This document shows, piece by piece, positions 38,260-52,312 of a DNA stretch of 63,803 nt; the first letter of the stretch is position 1, and each line of letters begins with the position of its first letter. The DNA comes from Phoronis australis. Taxonomy: Eukaryota; Animalia; Phoronida. The notes below the pieces were generated by a model. It worked only from the letters and a program-made list of their open reading frames with translations, was not told the origin of the DNA and searched no databases. A program made the translations under genes and the position numbers. The DNA lies in the NCBI GenBank assembly GCA_002633005.1, contig NMRA01000467.1, positions 73,024-136,826 on the forward strand. The letters run 5' to 3'.

Positions 38260-38404
38260 ACACCATGAAATTTGACAAGTTGTGCTACTAGTAACATCTG
38301 TGGATACACCATGAAATTTGACAAGTTGTGCTACTAGTAACATCTGTGGATACACCATGAAATTTGACAAGTTGTGCTACTAGTAATATATGTGGATACA
38401 CCAT
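38260..38404. repeat. 46-bp tandem repeat x3
   Basis: acaccatgaaatttgacaagttgtgctactagtaacatctgtggat. Confidence 0.9.
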
Positions 38405-38619
38405 CTCTCATTCCACATGTCCATATCAAGTCCAAGTCACATGATTAAAAAATTTCAAAAACTATAGGTCTGCCAATCTTGCACTACCATTTTCTGTAAT
38501 GTTCAATGGAAAACAATGGGTAATGTCAGAACAAAATACCAATGCTGGTCATGAGCGCACATGAAAGAGAGCAGTTTGAACCTGCATAGACTTTTTATAG
38601 AACAGACGACTAAACTCAC

Positions 38620-38718
38620 ATTGTCTCTGGCATCTACATCGCAGCCATGGTCCAGTAACAGTTTACATATGTCAGTGTAACCATGCACAGCAGCATAATG
38701 AATGGCGGTCCTGCCCTC
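38620..38718 (-). CDS. ANKRD6: ANKRD6 ankyrin exon EGRTAIHYAAVHGYTDICKLLLDHGCDVDARDN
   Basis: tttgcag/gtgagt; 99 nt; ankyrin consensus. Confidence 0.92.
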
Positions 38719-40068
38719 CTGCAAACAACAAGTCCTGTTACATTACATACAATGCAACCTACAAAAGTGGGATAGATACAAAATCATCTGCTTTGTGCAT
38801 TGTTAGCAATTGAATGGCAGACAACAGATGTGAGTGTGCATGTAAACAACCACTGGTGTATTGACCTGCTGGTATTGTGCTCCACATCAACATTGGTTGG
38901 CAAACAACAATTATGATATTGACACGTTGACCAAGCAGTTTGTTTTAGGTTGGTTGCAGATTCCACAAATATTTGTCAATGGCGTCTGTACACTACAACA
39001 AAATGTGAAACACTTGTGTTATTGAACAATGAGCAAATCTGCTGACTGAAAAATGTCTAACAAATGAGATTAACATTGAGAAAACATTCTTGAGCAAATG
39101 TCATTTATTTTGAAACAAGAAGCTCACAACTGACGATTAACCTAAGTTATTTTTGGTTTTATCGCATTTTGTTGCAATCCTGACCACTCATTACAGGCCA
39201 TTAATGAACGAATGCTTTACAACAAGTCAATATAGTTGAGAGTTAAGAGTCAGTTCAGTTTTCAGCTTTCCTTTCAATCCATGCAAGAGCTCAAGAAGCA
39301 ACAAATCAACAAGGTTGGAGCTAAAAAAGTGGTCTAAAACATAGAACTTAATCAGCTCGCTGGACGTCAAGCCATCATTGTTCACTTATTAAATAACAAG
39401 CAAGTTTGAGTTTTAAATAGTGATGCTAAAATTTTGTTTTAATGATATCCGAGTTTGCAAAGGCTCACTGAAATTTATTGATGGAATAACCAAACAGAAT
39501 CCCTCATTAAGTTTTAAGTTGACTATATGACACTAACTCAGTGGCAACAGGACAACAAAATGCAAATCTTACAATAATTATTTTGTGAGAAGGTATTTGA
39601 TGGCATATCACTTGATCCAAATAGGTCATCTGAACATTAATGTATTGTGTGGTTACAATGAAGCAGTCATGTCTATGCATTTAAGGCCTTTGAACTTGAA
39701 GGTGTCATAATTCCCTTAACTTAAGTGATATTTAAATCCCTATGCTGAGTGAACCAAATTAGAGACAGTGGCCAACATGCAGTTCAATGGATTTCATTTT
39801 GTGTTGCAGGTTGGGAAGCATAAAAAGATAATGAAAGGTGCACATGAGACCAAAGGTGGTTTGTACCAATCTCTTCTCTCCATCACCACTACAAGCAGAG
39901 AATGCTTGATCCATCCAGTGCATTTTCACAGGAAATTTACAAAATTGTTATTTTTTGGGTCACCACCGTTACCCCCATTTGACCTCCCATTAAGTCCGAC
40001 CCTCAACTCAAACCTCATACCGGTCTGGGAATGGGAGCAAGACAGAGCACTAACTTATGACATATTAC

Positions 40069-40212
40069 CCGATCTGGTTCAAACGAGGCGCCAGACTGCA
40101 AAAGTTCTGTCACTTTATCCAACAGACCCTTGCTCGCCGCCAAGCGCAGCTTATCCGCTAGTGACACCGATTGGCCAGCGTCGTCTTCACTGAGAGGAAG
40201 CGCTTCTGCCAT
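40069..40212 (-). CDS. ANKRD6: ANKRD6 first coding exon MAEALPLSEDDAGQSVSLADKLRLAASKGLLDKVTELLQSGASFEPDR
   Basis: Acceptor tttgtag 3 nt before the ATG (40212), donor gtaata; resembles human [25 protein letters not shown]. Confidence 0.85.
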
Positions 40213-41233
40213 CACCTACAAACAGAAATTTACTTTTCTCAGTTTTTGTGTAAACAGACAAAAATGACATAAGAAATGGCTTGCTTGTGTGTGGTAAAGT
40301 TTCCTAATTCAAACAAAAATAATGGTCAAAACTGTTACTTTTTGAAAAGTACCATTATTACCAAAAATGTTCAATATTTCATCTAGTGTTCGTTGATGGC
40401 AGTCGTACCAGAAACCTTTTTCAAATGGTCAGGTAAAATTGTCTTCTTGTTTATTCTTGTTGAAAAGTTTGATAAAATAATATTTTACCTTTCAGTCATA
40501 TTGGGTTCTAATTTAAAGAAACTTTAACATAGTGCACAAGCATAAAATCAAAACAGCCCAAATCTTTTATGCTATAGGAATATTCCCTGGTTTTAAAATT
40601 TACCTTTGGACGTCTTGAAGAAAAGTATTGCTTTTAGAGCTAACAAGCTAATAGATATTTGTATGCCTGACCTGTATATACCGTATTCGCCCTAATAAGC
40701 GCCCAGGACGCTTGGAAAAATTCGCTTCAGGAAGAGGGTGCTTATGATAGCTCCAAGTGGTTGAAACCCGGTCTCCGAAACAGGTGAAATTGTAAGCTAG
40801 AATTCATCAAATTTAGGCTCTGTGACGCATCTGTAACCCATGACAGAGTTTCTACAAAATTGCAGTGCATTGCTATCAAATATTGCTGTTAAATTATGAG
40901 CTTTGTGAGACTAGCTTTATGAGAGTAAAAAGCCTTAATTCGACTTTCGTTTTAGTCACGTGACTGGGGATGAAAAGCAGCTTTAAGCTAATAAACAACA
41001 GTTTATGCCACAACTAGGGATAACTGCTATGCAGTGCACAGTGGACAAACAAATCAGCAAATATGAAACAATTGAAATCAGACAATGTAGACTTGACATG
41101 TCATACAAGGACACCATTTTCAGGTGATCCTAAATCAAGCAATGGGATGCAACCAAATAAAAATTTCATTCCTTGTAACTCCACAATACAGGGTTTACAT
41201 AATCAAATTAACAGCAAGAGTTCATTCAGATAA

Positions 41234-41640
41234 GGCCCATTCATACTGACTTAACTCCCAGCCAGAGTATTGACATAAACTGAAGTTAACTGAACCATTC
41301 ATACCAGCTTTGGTAGTTAATGGACATTGAAGTAAATGGGAGGTGATGCTGTTGCCATCAAAGTAATCTCAAGGCAGCACTAATGCATCACATGCAAGGT
41401 AACATTTTTAATGCGACAGTTTGGGAACATTTACATGTGCTAATTGACTAACACTTATTTCTAATTCGATTGGTGATTATCCAGCAAAATATAAACAACT
41501 ATTAGCGACGACACTGCCCTTTCATTGTTGACGATAACAGTGGCCCCAGGCGATAACTTCAATAGGACCATGACTGCAACTCAAATGGCCCCTGGCGATA
41601 ACTTCGATAGGGCCATGATTGCAACGCAAATGGTGTGCTT
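41234..41640 (+). mobile_element. PIF/Harbinger-like MITE family A, truncated copy
   Basis: taa|ggcccattcatactgacttaactcc start; body matches 42321-42813 and 50429-50832. Confidence 0.7.
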
Positions 41641-41781
41641 GTAATGGTGTTTTTAAGTATCATAAAAATGGCCATTAGATGGTGCAGAATAGGTAAAAAA
41701 TGTTCAAAATTGGAAAAGCTTTGTTGCCTCTCTATTACAAAACTATTTATCAAATTTCATGAAAATCCACCACGAAACTCC

Positions 41782-41960
41782 AGAGATACAGAAGCAATAT
41801 CTAAACAAATTGCTATTAGAAGGCATGTGGTAGTCGATCTCTAGAGATACAGAAGCAATATCTAAACAAATTGCTATTAGAAGGCATGTGGTAGTCGATC
41901 TCTAGAGATACAGAAGCAATATCTAAACAAATTGCTATTAGAAGGCATGTGGTAGTCGAT
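41782..41960. repeat. 61-bp tandem repeat x3 within a HINE-family fragment
   Basis: agagatacagaagcaatatctaaacaaattgctattagaaggcatgtggtagtcgatctct. Confidence 0.9.
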
Positions 41961-42320
41961 GTCGATTTCGTCTATCTGTTGTCACTTTAATAAAAATACA
42001 CTTGACAAATTGTGATCTTCTAAGGGGTGATGCAAAAATAATGTCACTAGAGGGCACCACAATTACGTTGGACGTGGACTCATCTGAAAATCCACACCAG
42101 TAATGCTCATGTCAGTAGGAACACATCTGCCAATTTTCATAACAATCCCCGATTTTTGCCAGCTTGTATCAAGTCACAAAATGTGACCTGGAACTTCCAA
42201 CTTATGTGAGCCGAGTTTTTACACTTCCTCGGCAGAAACCTGGCAAATATAAAATAAAACAACTCCTACGAGTCTAGTCCTACTGTTATTAGGTTGTTGC
42301 CAAATCAAGCTGAACACTAA

Positions 42321-42813
42321 AGGCCATTTCATATTGACTTAACTCCAGTCTGAGCGCGTCGACGTAAACAGTGCAGTTAACTGGACCGTTCATATTGGCT
42401 TCGGTAGTTAATGACCATTGAAGTAAAGGGTTGGTGACGCTGACGTCATGGAAGTTATCGCAAGGTAGCGCTGCACGCTAAGATTTTTTCAATGTGACAA
42501 TTTGGGAACATTTAAATGTGTTAAATGACTCGTTTTTAAATCGATTGGTTATCATTAGAGCAAAGAATAAGTAGTTATTAGTGATGGCACTACTCTGTAA
42601 CTGTTGACGATAACAGTGGCACCTGGCGATAACTTCGATTGGACCGGAGTTAAGCGTTCATACTGCACTGCAGCGTCGACGCTGCGGTCTTAAATCCACC
42701 TGTTAACTGCGATGTTAACTGGAGCTGTTAACTGCGATACAGGACTGGAGTTAAGCGTTCCTACTAACCGCAACTCCCCAAACCATCCACGCGTCGAAAG
42801 TATGAAAGGCCCT
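42321..42813 (+). mobile_element. PIF/Harbinger-like MITE family A
   Basis: TIRs aggccatttcata / tatgaaaggccct; TAA on both sides. Confidence 0.8.
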
Positions 42814-45277
42814 TAACACTGAACAGGCCTCTCATTAACTTGAAAACATGTCTTGGCTAATGTTTTCAGCTACTTTTTCAAATTTTCGGATACGCCCAAG
42901 AAAATTTTGCACCACGGCATAAATACCTGTATGTGATAAAATGTAACAAAAAAGCAATGTTTCTATTCATTCTGAAATGATCAACATTTCAAACTTTGTG
43001 GTGAAAAAACACATTTATTTTTCATGTGGCACTAAGTCGGCCCCACTGTTTGCGCGCAATGTACCAGCAAACATGACTTGGAAATGCCATCAAGTAATAT
43101 AACGGCCAGTTACAATGTGTCTCGTTTTTAAGGCAAAAGACAGCAGCAAACAAATTCTCAAGCCCTTCTTTCCAGGGTGGAGTATGTGCGTACGTGTGAG
43201 TCACCTGTCCTTCACATATGTTGATGCCAATGTAACATGCACTCCAGAGTGTGGGAATTTACGCGTACACACCACGCCAAAGTCGCACATCAAAGGGGAA
43301 CAGTGATAGTCCTAAGTAAAAGAGTATACCGGCTTGACACTGTAGTTTAAGCAGCCTGGGTGTTTATTTGACAATGAACTTGGACCACCTGCTGTTATAA
43401 AAGAGGCATTGCTTTACGAAGTTCCTCTGCCCCAATGTTGCCCAGAACTGTGATGTCAAGTCTGTTCCGATTATATTTCCCTGACTCAATGTTTCCTAGG
43501 CCAGATGTTCCATGCTCGCCTGTAGCCAGCTGCATACACCTCCCCTCCCAGTCCCCAACTTGACTGAGATGCAATAGGCGAAAAACAAAATTCAAGATGA
43601 TGCATCCAGTAATAAACCTTTGAATTCTGAAATCGAGAGGCAGCAAATTAAACCAGTGATGCACACTGTCTCTTCGGATGCCACACATGCTCGATAACCA
43701 GGTAATTATATTAATCAAAATAGGTAAAATTTGACATAATGCGTGAGTTATGGTAATTCTTCAAAATCTGCGAGCATCCCACCAAAAGCGAGTTGGGAGG
43801 GTTGGCAAAACCACTGTCATATTTCTCTGGCCTTCGAATGCATGGTTTACCTAATGCGCGACAGTAGGAAAATCAGCACCGCAGACAGCGTCGCTGAAAA
43901 CAGAGGTATTGAAGCCAGAGAAGTTCTTTAAGTTTAGGAACATGGTAAAAAATAAAGCAACAAAGCTTTATCTTGAAGTAAATCAATGACCGGGAATAAT
44001 AATTTGTTACTTGTTATATCATAATTCACACTGCCAAACCACCCTCTCAGAGGCCACCACTGCACTCATTGTTATCACAGATCTTTATCTAAAGTCAGGG
44101 AATCTGGTATTTCCTTAACACTGGGCAATTAATCATCAATCTTCAAAAGTCTGAAGTGAGCATTTAACTGGAAATCTTCAAATATTGCAGAGGGGTGCTA
44201 AAACAAGCCTTTATGGTACATAGCAAATGTTGCGTGGTGACAGATGAACTCTAAAAATCTGACACTATGAAACATTTTCTTATAACATTAAAAAATTGAC
44301 AAAATTATTAAACTTGTTTAATCTTCTACCAATGGCTTGCTGTATCCCAAATTGAAACACTTTTATCTGATTCATTGCTCATTGACATTTTGTATACTGG
44401 AGAAATACACTTGCTTGAAATTAATCATTTTTCTATTTTTTAAAGGCTTACTACTGAAAATTATAATTAATATTTTACCAATATAAATTTGGTGATTATA
44501 AGCTAAATAAACAATTACAAACCACGGAGCAAAAATTACTCTCATGTCAAAAAAAATCAATAGATCTTTAACAAATTTAAGTGTGGAACCACTTTCCGTC
44601 CACAGGCTTTTGCTCAACTGTATATTTAGCTCAGTTTTCATGCAATATGTAATCACCAAGGCCATTGACCTTCAATCATATCATCCTAAATATGTATAGG
44701 AAGATGCAGGTACACTTTGAAATATTTTAAAACCAGTCATCAGCAGCTAGAACACATTGATGATGCAGCCTCAGAACAAAAATTTCCATGTGACATATTG
44801 TTCTACAAATAAATATTAGGCTCACGACCATGTGACAGAAATATTTTAGTGTTGCATAATTTAACTGCAAGAAGCATCTTTTACATTACGTTAAAATAAT
44901 GATTAAAAAAGAGACAAGAGGAAACTGGAAATAAAATAAGAAGAAATCGAAACCATAAAAGAGAAAATTCACAAGCCCTGATCTCACCAACTTTGAACAA
45001 ATATAATTTTGCCAAAATTGACCTTTCTTCATTTTTCATATTCTCAACATTGTTGCAACTGTCCCAACTTTCACAAAACATTGTCCAAGGGTGGAGATGT
45101 TACACAAGTTAAGGTTCATAAAGCTTATATTTTGAGCCACTTAACTTTTATGAGAAAATAAAGTTTCACTTCTCCGTCATACTGTGTCCTGGTGAGATTT
45201 TACCATTCTTGTTTCTAGAACCATCTAAAGCCTTATTTTTTATAAGTGTCCACTCCAAGCCAGGACATGTTCATTTA

Positions 45278-45642
45278 AAGGCCTTTCATACTAATGTCGA
45301 CGCGTCGATATTTTGGGGAGCTGCGGTCAGTATGAACGCTTAACTGGATTGAAGTTAGCAGCGCCAGTTAACTTCGCAGTAAACAGGTGGATTTAAGAGC
45401 GGAGCGTTGACACTGCGGTGCAGTATGAATGGTCAACTTTGGTCCTATTGAAGTTATCGCCATGTGCAACTATTATCGTCAACAGTTACAGGGTAGTGTC
45501 GTAGCCAATGTTGCTTATCATTTGCACTAATAATCAGCAATCGAACTAAAAACTACTGAAGCCATTATGAATGGTTTAGTTAACTTTGCCGTTTATGTTG
45601 ACACTCTGCTAAGACCAGAGTTAAGTCAGTATGAAAAGGCCT
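45278..45642 (-). mobile_element. PIF/Harbinger-like MITE family A, inverted copy
   Basis: aaggcctttcatact ... agtatgaaaaggcct; TTA on both sides; body is the reverse complement of the other copies. Confidence 0.8.
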
Positions 45643-48600
45643 TTAGACCACAATTTAAACCTCACTGGACAATACATCAATGAATTGTGAATAGAACAAA
45701 ATCTGAACATTTTCCCAATTTTGCACAAAACCCCAAGTGCTAAAGTAACTTCTGTACTACACAGTAGTTTCCAGCGCCTCACCTTGCAAACAATGTCTAA
45801 ATTGGGACACTGAAAATGCGGCGTAACCAATGAACCAATCAAACTGTCAGCAAATGAGCACAAAAGCATCTGGCTGAGTTTGGTACACAATCACCTGAGG
45901 TACTTAGAACACTACATGTCATTGTCTGGTTGTACAAAGCAACCCAACAGAAAATGCTAGGTTGCAAACACCATCCACATTTGATGATGTCTCCAAGTTG
46001 GGGAGGAGGGGGATGTCTGACAATCTGCTCCTGTGCTCCAACATCACTTTTAATTTACCACCTGTAGTTAAACTGGTATTTTTCCTGCTTCAGATAGGTA
46101 GTGATGCATGAGCCAGTACAAAGTAGGCTTTATTCAGCGCTTATAATGACAATAAAAGAGACAAGAGGCACAAGTTCAACAGAAAAATACAGGCACTGTG
46201 GTTAGCCAAACAAGTTAAATGGCTGATGACATACTATCAATGCTATCACCACCTTTGCTATTGATGTTTAATGTAGGGCTGTTGTCCACTCTGCATTAAG
46301 CCAAGTATCATTATTGCCATGAAATTTAACTCAGCAAAAGTGTATTTTCTAAAAATAGAAAACCTGGACTGATTTTTTACCTTAAGCTAATCTGCCAAAG
46401 CTAACTGGGATGCACGACCTTGTGTTTTCGGTAAACTTTAGAAAAAATGAAAGGGCTATGACCATATATCATTGCATAAAATCATATAAGTCCTATTTTT
46501 GATAGCCCCGGAATGCAAAAAAAGGGACATTTTTCAAGAGTCCCAGACATAAATGAGTGAGCAGACAAGATGGCTCCAGGACCTAGATTGGTGTCAGTAT
46601 TGGTTAACTCACATGGAAAGAATGTGGCACTTGGTAATGAAAACATGTCAGAGACAAAATATGAGATCTTGATAGAATGGAGACAAATTTATAAGACAAG
46701 TGAAGACATGGCAAACTGTAATGAGACAGTAAAGAAGTTGGGAAGATTGTGAAGAAGGGGAGAGGCAGATTACCAAACAATATGGCTGGAAATTGTGGAC
46801 TTCTCCAGGCTTGAAATTTCCTCTAACATTTATTTGACAAGCTAAAGATACTCAGGTCAGGGTAAATTAATGATGAATTAAAGCAGACTGATTTCGTGAA
46901 ATGTGCACAAATACAGCTCAAATCCTCAACACCAGAGAAAATACCAAACTCTAACAAGGAACACATCAAAATCTCAAATGTACTGAATTTGTCAAATGTC
47001 CCGTCCACAAACAGCCAACCCTAGAACAACTTGCACTAGAGCAACTTCCGCCACTTTTTTTAAAAGTGAAGCTCCACACACACATATCTGATCACTAGGG
47101 AAAGGCACAAGTTGTTGCTCTGTGCATGATAATGAACAGGTAATGCGAATATGGGCGCAAAAGAAGTCCAGTGTGTATGCAACCACAGTTGATAATTACT
47201 TGTACCTTGCCCATGCAGGTTTACCTTAGAACAAATTACCATACCTGGATAAGGTGAAGTACAGTGTCGTCAACGCACAGACTTACACTGGATCAAGTTA
47301 TTCCTGGAATGAATTGTCATTAAGTGCTGTCTGGACGGCGGACGCACCCAACGAAAGCCACTATTGACAACTTACCGTACCTTCACATTATTGAGGCAGG
47401 GTAACTTGTTCTAGGTACTAACTTGTGCCACTTGCAATCGCTGTGTAGCTGCAGAAGTGGGGTAGGGCAGAAGTAATTATCAGTTGCAGTTACACACAGA
47501 TGGGTGTTCCCTTGCGCGCTGTATTGGCATTAGGTGTTCATTGTCCATGCACAGAACAACTTTCGCCTAACATTAGTTATTGGTTATGTATGTGCGTGTG
47601 TGTGGAAGGTCCACTTGAAAGTGGGGTAAGTTGCACTAGTTTAGATAGTATCCACACAGCACCTAGCAACAACTTGTTACAGAAGTACCCTGTTCTAGGG
47701 TAAGACTGTGTGTGGATGGCACTCCATAAAATAGTTCCGTAATATGATCAGATTAGCAAACAAAAAAACATCGAATAACAGTAAAATCTCAGAACTACCC
47801 CGTTTTCCATTTTCAAGGTCAAATAAAAACTTTGCTGTTTTTAAAAATATTGCCAGGAAGTAGCTGTGGTACAGAAAGTGAACATGAGAAAAGTTACTTT
47901 GGATCTGCATAACCAGCCACACTGTGTCATAAAGTGGAGATCAGTCTACCATTCTAAGCACTCCTCAGTCGACCCAGACATACTCCTGATTTCACCAACT
48001 TCGTGATATGCAAAATGAACAGTCAGGTCATCCAGCAAGTTAAACTGTTATAAAGATAAGCCAGTTAAATACAAGTCACCTATATAATGGCCTGCACATG
48101 AATGTTGACTGGATTTGATATAGAGACAGTACCATGGCAAGAGTTATCACCTTATTTAAAAGGCCAGCTGAATGCCTATCCCAGTCCTTGTCACCAGAGG
48201 GACAGATCAGCATGGGGTAATATCCATCTAAATAGACCCATGATAAGTCATTTAAGTGATAACATTACTAATCTAATTACTCTCATACACTTCAGTAAAT
48301 CCTTAAAATAGTTTCAGATATCCACAGTTGAAGCTAAGTAAAATTAAAACTCATGGTTGGGAAACAACTATGATTTTATGCACTAATTTTGAGCAAAATA
48401 ATTCCTGAACATGCCATTTACAATTTTTCAAAGGCTCGTTATTTTAATGCAAATAATGGAAAACTGACCAAAAGTTGTTTTAAGACATTTACTTTAACTA
48501 CAAGCTTTGTTAGCAATAGACCAAAACTGTCTTAATCTTTATTTTAGAGGAAAATTTTGACAGAAGAAAATTTGTAGTCCATATTGTGAGCTAAATAAGT

Positions 48601-48702
48601 AAAGAATTAACAAAGTTGTATCTGAAATTTTGAATACATTCTCTTTCAGAAGTACATTTGACTTTATACAAGCTCTTAATTGTTCAGTTTAGGACAAATG
48701 TT

Positions 48703-49160
48703 GCTAGCGTAGCCATGGTGCTAGCATAGCTATGGTGTTAGCATAGCCACGGTGCTAGCATAGCCATGGTGTTAGCATAGCCACGGTGCTAGCATAGCCA
48801 CGGTGCTAGCATAGCCACGGTGCTAGCATAGCCATGGTGCTAGCATAGCCATGGTGCTAGCATAGCCATGGTGCTAGCATAGCCATGGTGCTAGCATAGC
48901 CATGGTGCTAGCATAGCCATGGTGTTAGAATAGCCACGGTGCTAGCATAGCCACGGTGCTAGCATAGCCACGGTGCTAGCATAGCCACGGTGTTAGCATA
49001 GCCATGGTGCTGGCATAGCCATGGTGCTGGCATAGCCATGGTGCTGGCATAGCCATGGTGCTAGCATAGCCATGGTGCTAGCATAGCCATGGTGTTAGCA
49101 TAGCCATGGTGTTAGCATAGCCATGGTGCTAGCATAGCCATGGTGCTAGCATAGCCATGT
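48703..49160. repeat. 17-bp minisatellite, ~27 copies
   Basis: gctagcatagcca(t/c)ggt; unit contains the palindromes TGCTAGCA and CCATGG. Confidence 0.95.
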
Positions 49161-49850
49161 TGTTAAATGTTCACAGTAACATTTGTTTTAAGCTTTCACA
49201 AACTGGTCATGATGGATAGCAGTCCCAATAACTTTGAAATCATAAACACCAAAATATTGATAGTGAACAAAGATAATGCCAACTTCTGGTTTTCTCGCAG
49301 AAACGTGGGTCTCTAATCTTCAACCCAAATGTGACCCTTGGTCTATGAGTTCAACCTCAACAGACTTGCTAGTGACAGCCACAACACTCTTAAGAGTATT
49401 ATGGTAAGCACAACCTATATCCCAACACAGTATGTTATTACTGAGAGACTACACAATACCAGAATATTTGGTTACAGCTTTCATCACTTTGTTCACTCTT
49501 GCCATAATCCTAACCACAATAGTTTGCCTTGTACAGATTACTGTTGATCAGCTTGAGAATTCAATGAGGAATTTGCTTGTATTCATAATGAATTGGCCAG
49601 TGAAAAGCCACACATGAATGGAACTCAAGTGCTCTTGTGGAAAGCAGGCATTTAATATCAAGTAGAAATGAGTAGTTAACTACAAGTTTAATTTTTGATC
49701 CTGGATGATGCTCTGGGGACCACTGTAAGTATAAGCAGTCTTTACACAGGGTACAGTAGTCACAGTTGTCAGTTGTCATGGGGAGACTTGCTCCACTTAC
49801 TGTCTGCTCACATAAACAATAGCCAGCGTCCAAGCCATGTGGAATGCCAG

Positions 49851-49890
49851 TGGATCACCTGTATGGATCACCTGTATGGATCACCTGTAT
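49851..49890. repeat. 13-bp tandem repeat x3
   Basis: tggatcacctgta. Confidence 0.9.
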
Positions 49891-50010
49891 AATATACGCT
49901 ATTTTGCAAGCTCATGGAAAGATGGTCCCTTTCTGCCTGAGGGGCCCAAGTTGTGTCATCGCCAGAGATTTGTAACATTCTTGATCCACTAGGTGACGCT
50001 TATCGCCACG

Positions 50011-50224
50011 ACACCTCGCTGGTTCCCTGCGTGCTGCTAGGTGGTAGCCAGCACACCTCGCTGGTTCCCTGCGTGCTGCTAGGTGGTAGCCAGCACACCT
50101 CGCTGGTTCCCTGCGTGCTGCTAGGTGGTAGCCAGCACACCTCGCTGGTTCCCTGCGTGCTGCTAGGTGGTAGCCAGCACACCTCGCTGGTTCCCTGAGT
50201 GCTGCTAGGTGGTAGCCAGCACAC
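50011..50224. repeat. 42-bp tandem repeat x5
   Basis: acacctcgctggttccctgcgtgctgctaggtggtagccagc; explains ORFs 49912-50364, 49953-50198 and 50000-50224. Confidence 0.95.
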
Positions 50225-50428
50225 AGGTGATCACTTAACTTTCCTCCGAAAATTTTTTTACAGTGGCGTTTCTGATTGACTGGCCGAATTCTCAACAGGC
50301 AGCGCTTTACACAAACTGACATGACTGATGGAGGAAGTGTAAATGTGGTCTGTTGTACAGACAAATTGGTGCTTAAAATTTACGTTCAGGAAATGTGAAT
50401 CCCAAAAAATTGTGGTTGCTCGTTTTAA

Positions 50429-50832
50429 GGCCCTTTCATATTGACTTAACTCCAGTCTGAGCAGAGCATCGACGTAAACAGCACAGTTAACTGGACCGTT
50501 CATACTGGCTTCGGTAGTTAATGAACATCAAAGTAAGCGGATGTGTGCCGCTGTCGTCATCGAAGTCATCGCAAGGTAGCGTTGCAGCTAAGATTTTTTT
50601 CAATGTTTCAATTTGGAAACATTTACATGTGCTAAGTGACAGTAAACTTATCTTTAAATCGATTGGTTATTATTAGAGCAAAATATAAGCAGCTATGAGT
50701 GACTGCACTACCTTGTAACTGTTGATGATAACAGTGGCACCTGGCGATAACTTCGATTGGACCGAAGTTAAGTGTTCATACTGACTGCAACTCCCCAAAC
50801 CATCGACGCGTCGACGTTAGTACGAAAGGCCC
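50429..50832 (+). mobile_element. PIF/Harbinger-like MITE family A
   Basis: taa|ggccctttcata ... tacgaaaggccc|taa. Confidence 0.8.
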
Positions 50833-52092
50833 TAAGCAAACAACATCAGATACAGCCCATGTAATGAGGGGTGGCAATCAGTGTGTGCATGACTTCAATT
50901 TTAGGACCTCCGCATGTTGATGCCACAAAAGTATGTCCATTGGCCCAACATGCCCTGGCCAACAAGCCCATTAAAATTTGAAACAAAAAAGGTAAAGAAC
51001 ATAAAAAGGTCTATAGGTCATCGCAATTAGCCCGGCATGGACTTGAAGCCATGTGGGTCAATTCACCCATGTATTTCTAAAATGATACCGGAGTATGTAT
51101 AAGCTCACACATGGCTTTTCAATAAAAAATAAGACACTAAAAGACACCTAGAACTTGTCAAGGAAATTTACGCTTTTGACAAAGCAACAAGTTAGAAAAA
51201 CGCAACTGTGAGGCAACTTACCTTGGCCTCAAACCTATGGTCTGAATAGCGATCTGAATTTCAGTTTAAACTAACACAGGTCTATTAATCCACAGTTGCC
51301 TAGGGATCTGCATTTTTGCAATGGTAGACCTCATATTGTGAAACTTGTTGTTTTGATTATCTACTGAAAATTGTGGTTTTATTAGATTCTAAGTGCAATG
51401 TGTGTTATTTACAAAAAACAAAATCAGGTGAAATTGTGTGTTTTAGTGCACCCTTTGGCCAGAGTTAAACATTGACACAGAGTCTACTCATAATATTGTT
51501 ACCCCTGCAAATGTAATATTTTTCTCATGTGGCTTCAATTCATACTGTAGCATTTTGGAACTCCTGTGTCATGTGATTACCTCAACTATATTTTGCTAAT
51601 GCTACCAAAACTTACTGAAGTTTGACTCAACTACTGTATGCACCAAAACTTGAGCAGTAAATGCTTAGCACACAATACACCAGATAAAGCGATTTTTTCC
51701 GTTAAGTTAACAGTTCTAAAAAATTATCTTCCAAAAAGTGTCGACTTCATTATTAGCATGTTAGTAAATGCTACAGATTTTGGGAAAAAATATTGGACAA
51801 AAAGTACAGGGTGTTGGCCATTTGAAATATAGGGGCTTATACAAGGAATGAGTCATAAGCTAGGGTATGCCTCAGCAGTAAAGGAACAACTGTGTTGTCA
51901 TTTCTCTTCTCACACAACAATCAACATACCAGAAACATAGCTGACCAAACAAAACTTCTCCAATTAAGTCTAGACACCCAGTATGCAGCAAGACCTTGTT
52001 GCCATAGTAATGGGAAAGCACTGAGCTTCCATTCAATTCTGTGGCAGATCAGAATGACTCAAGTAATGACAGCCATTTTTTTCTTTAGATGC

Positions 52093-52312
52093 ACACAGAC
52101 ATGCTGCAGGACCAACACAGACATGCTACAGGACCAACACAGACATGCTACAGGACCAACACAGACATGCTACAGGACCAACACAGACATGCTGCAGGAC
52201 CAACACAGACATGCTGCAGGACCAACACAGACATGCTGCAGGACCAACACAGACATGCTGCAGGACCAACATAGACATGCTACAGGACCAACACAGACAT
52301 GCTACAGGACCA
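52093..52312. repeat. 22-bp minisatellite x10
   Basis: acacagacatgct(g/a)caggacca; explains ORFs 51892-52365, 52089-52274 and 52145-52327. Confidence 0.95.

Noticed and set aside
40678-40745. pogo/Tigger-like terminus taccgtattcgccctaataagcgccc
   Set aside because: No matching opposite TIR found, so the element cannot be delimited
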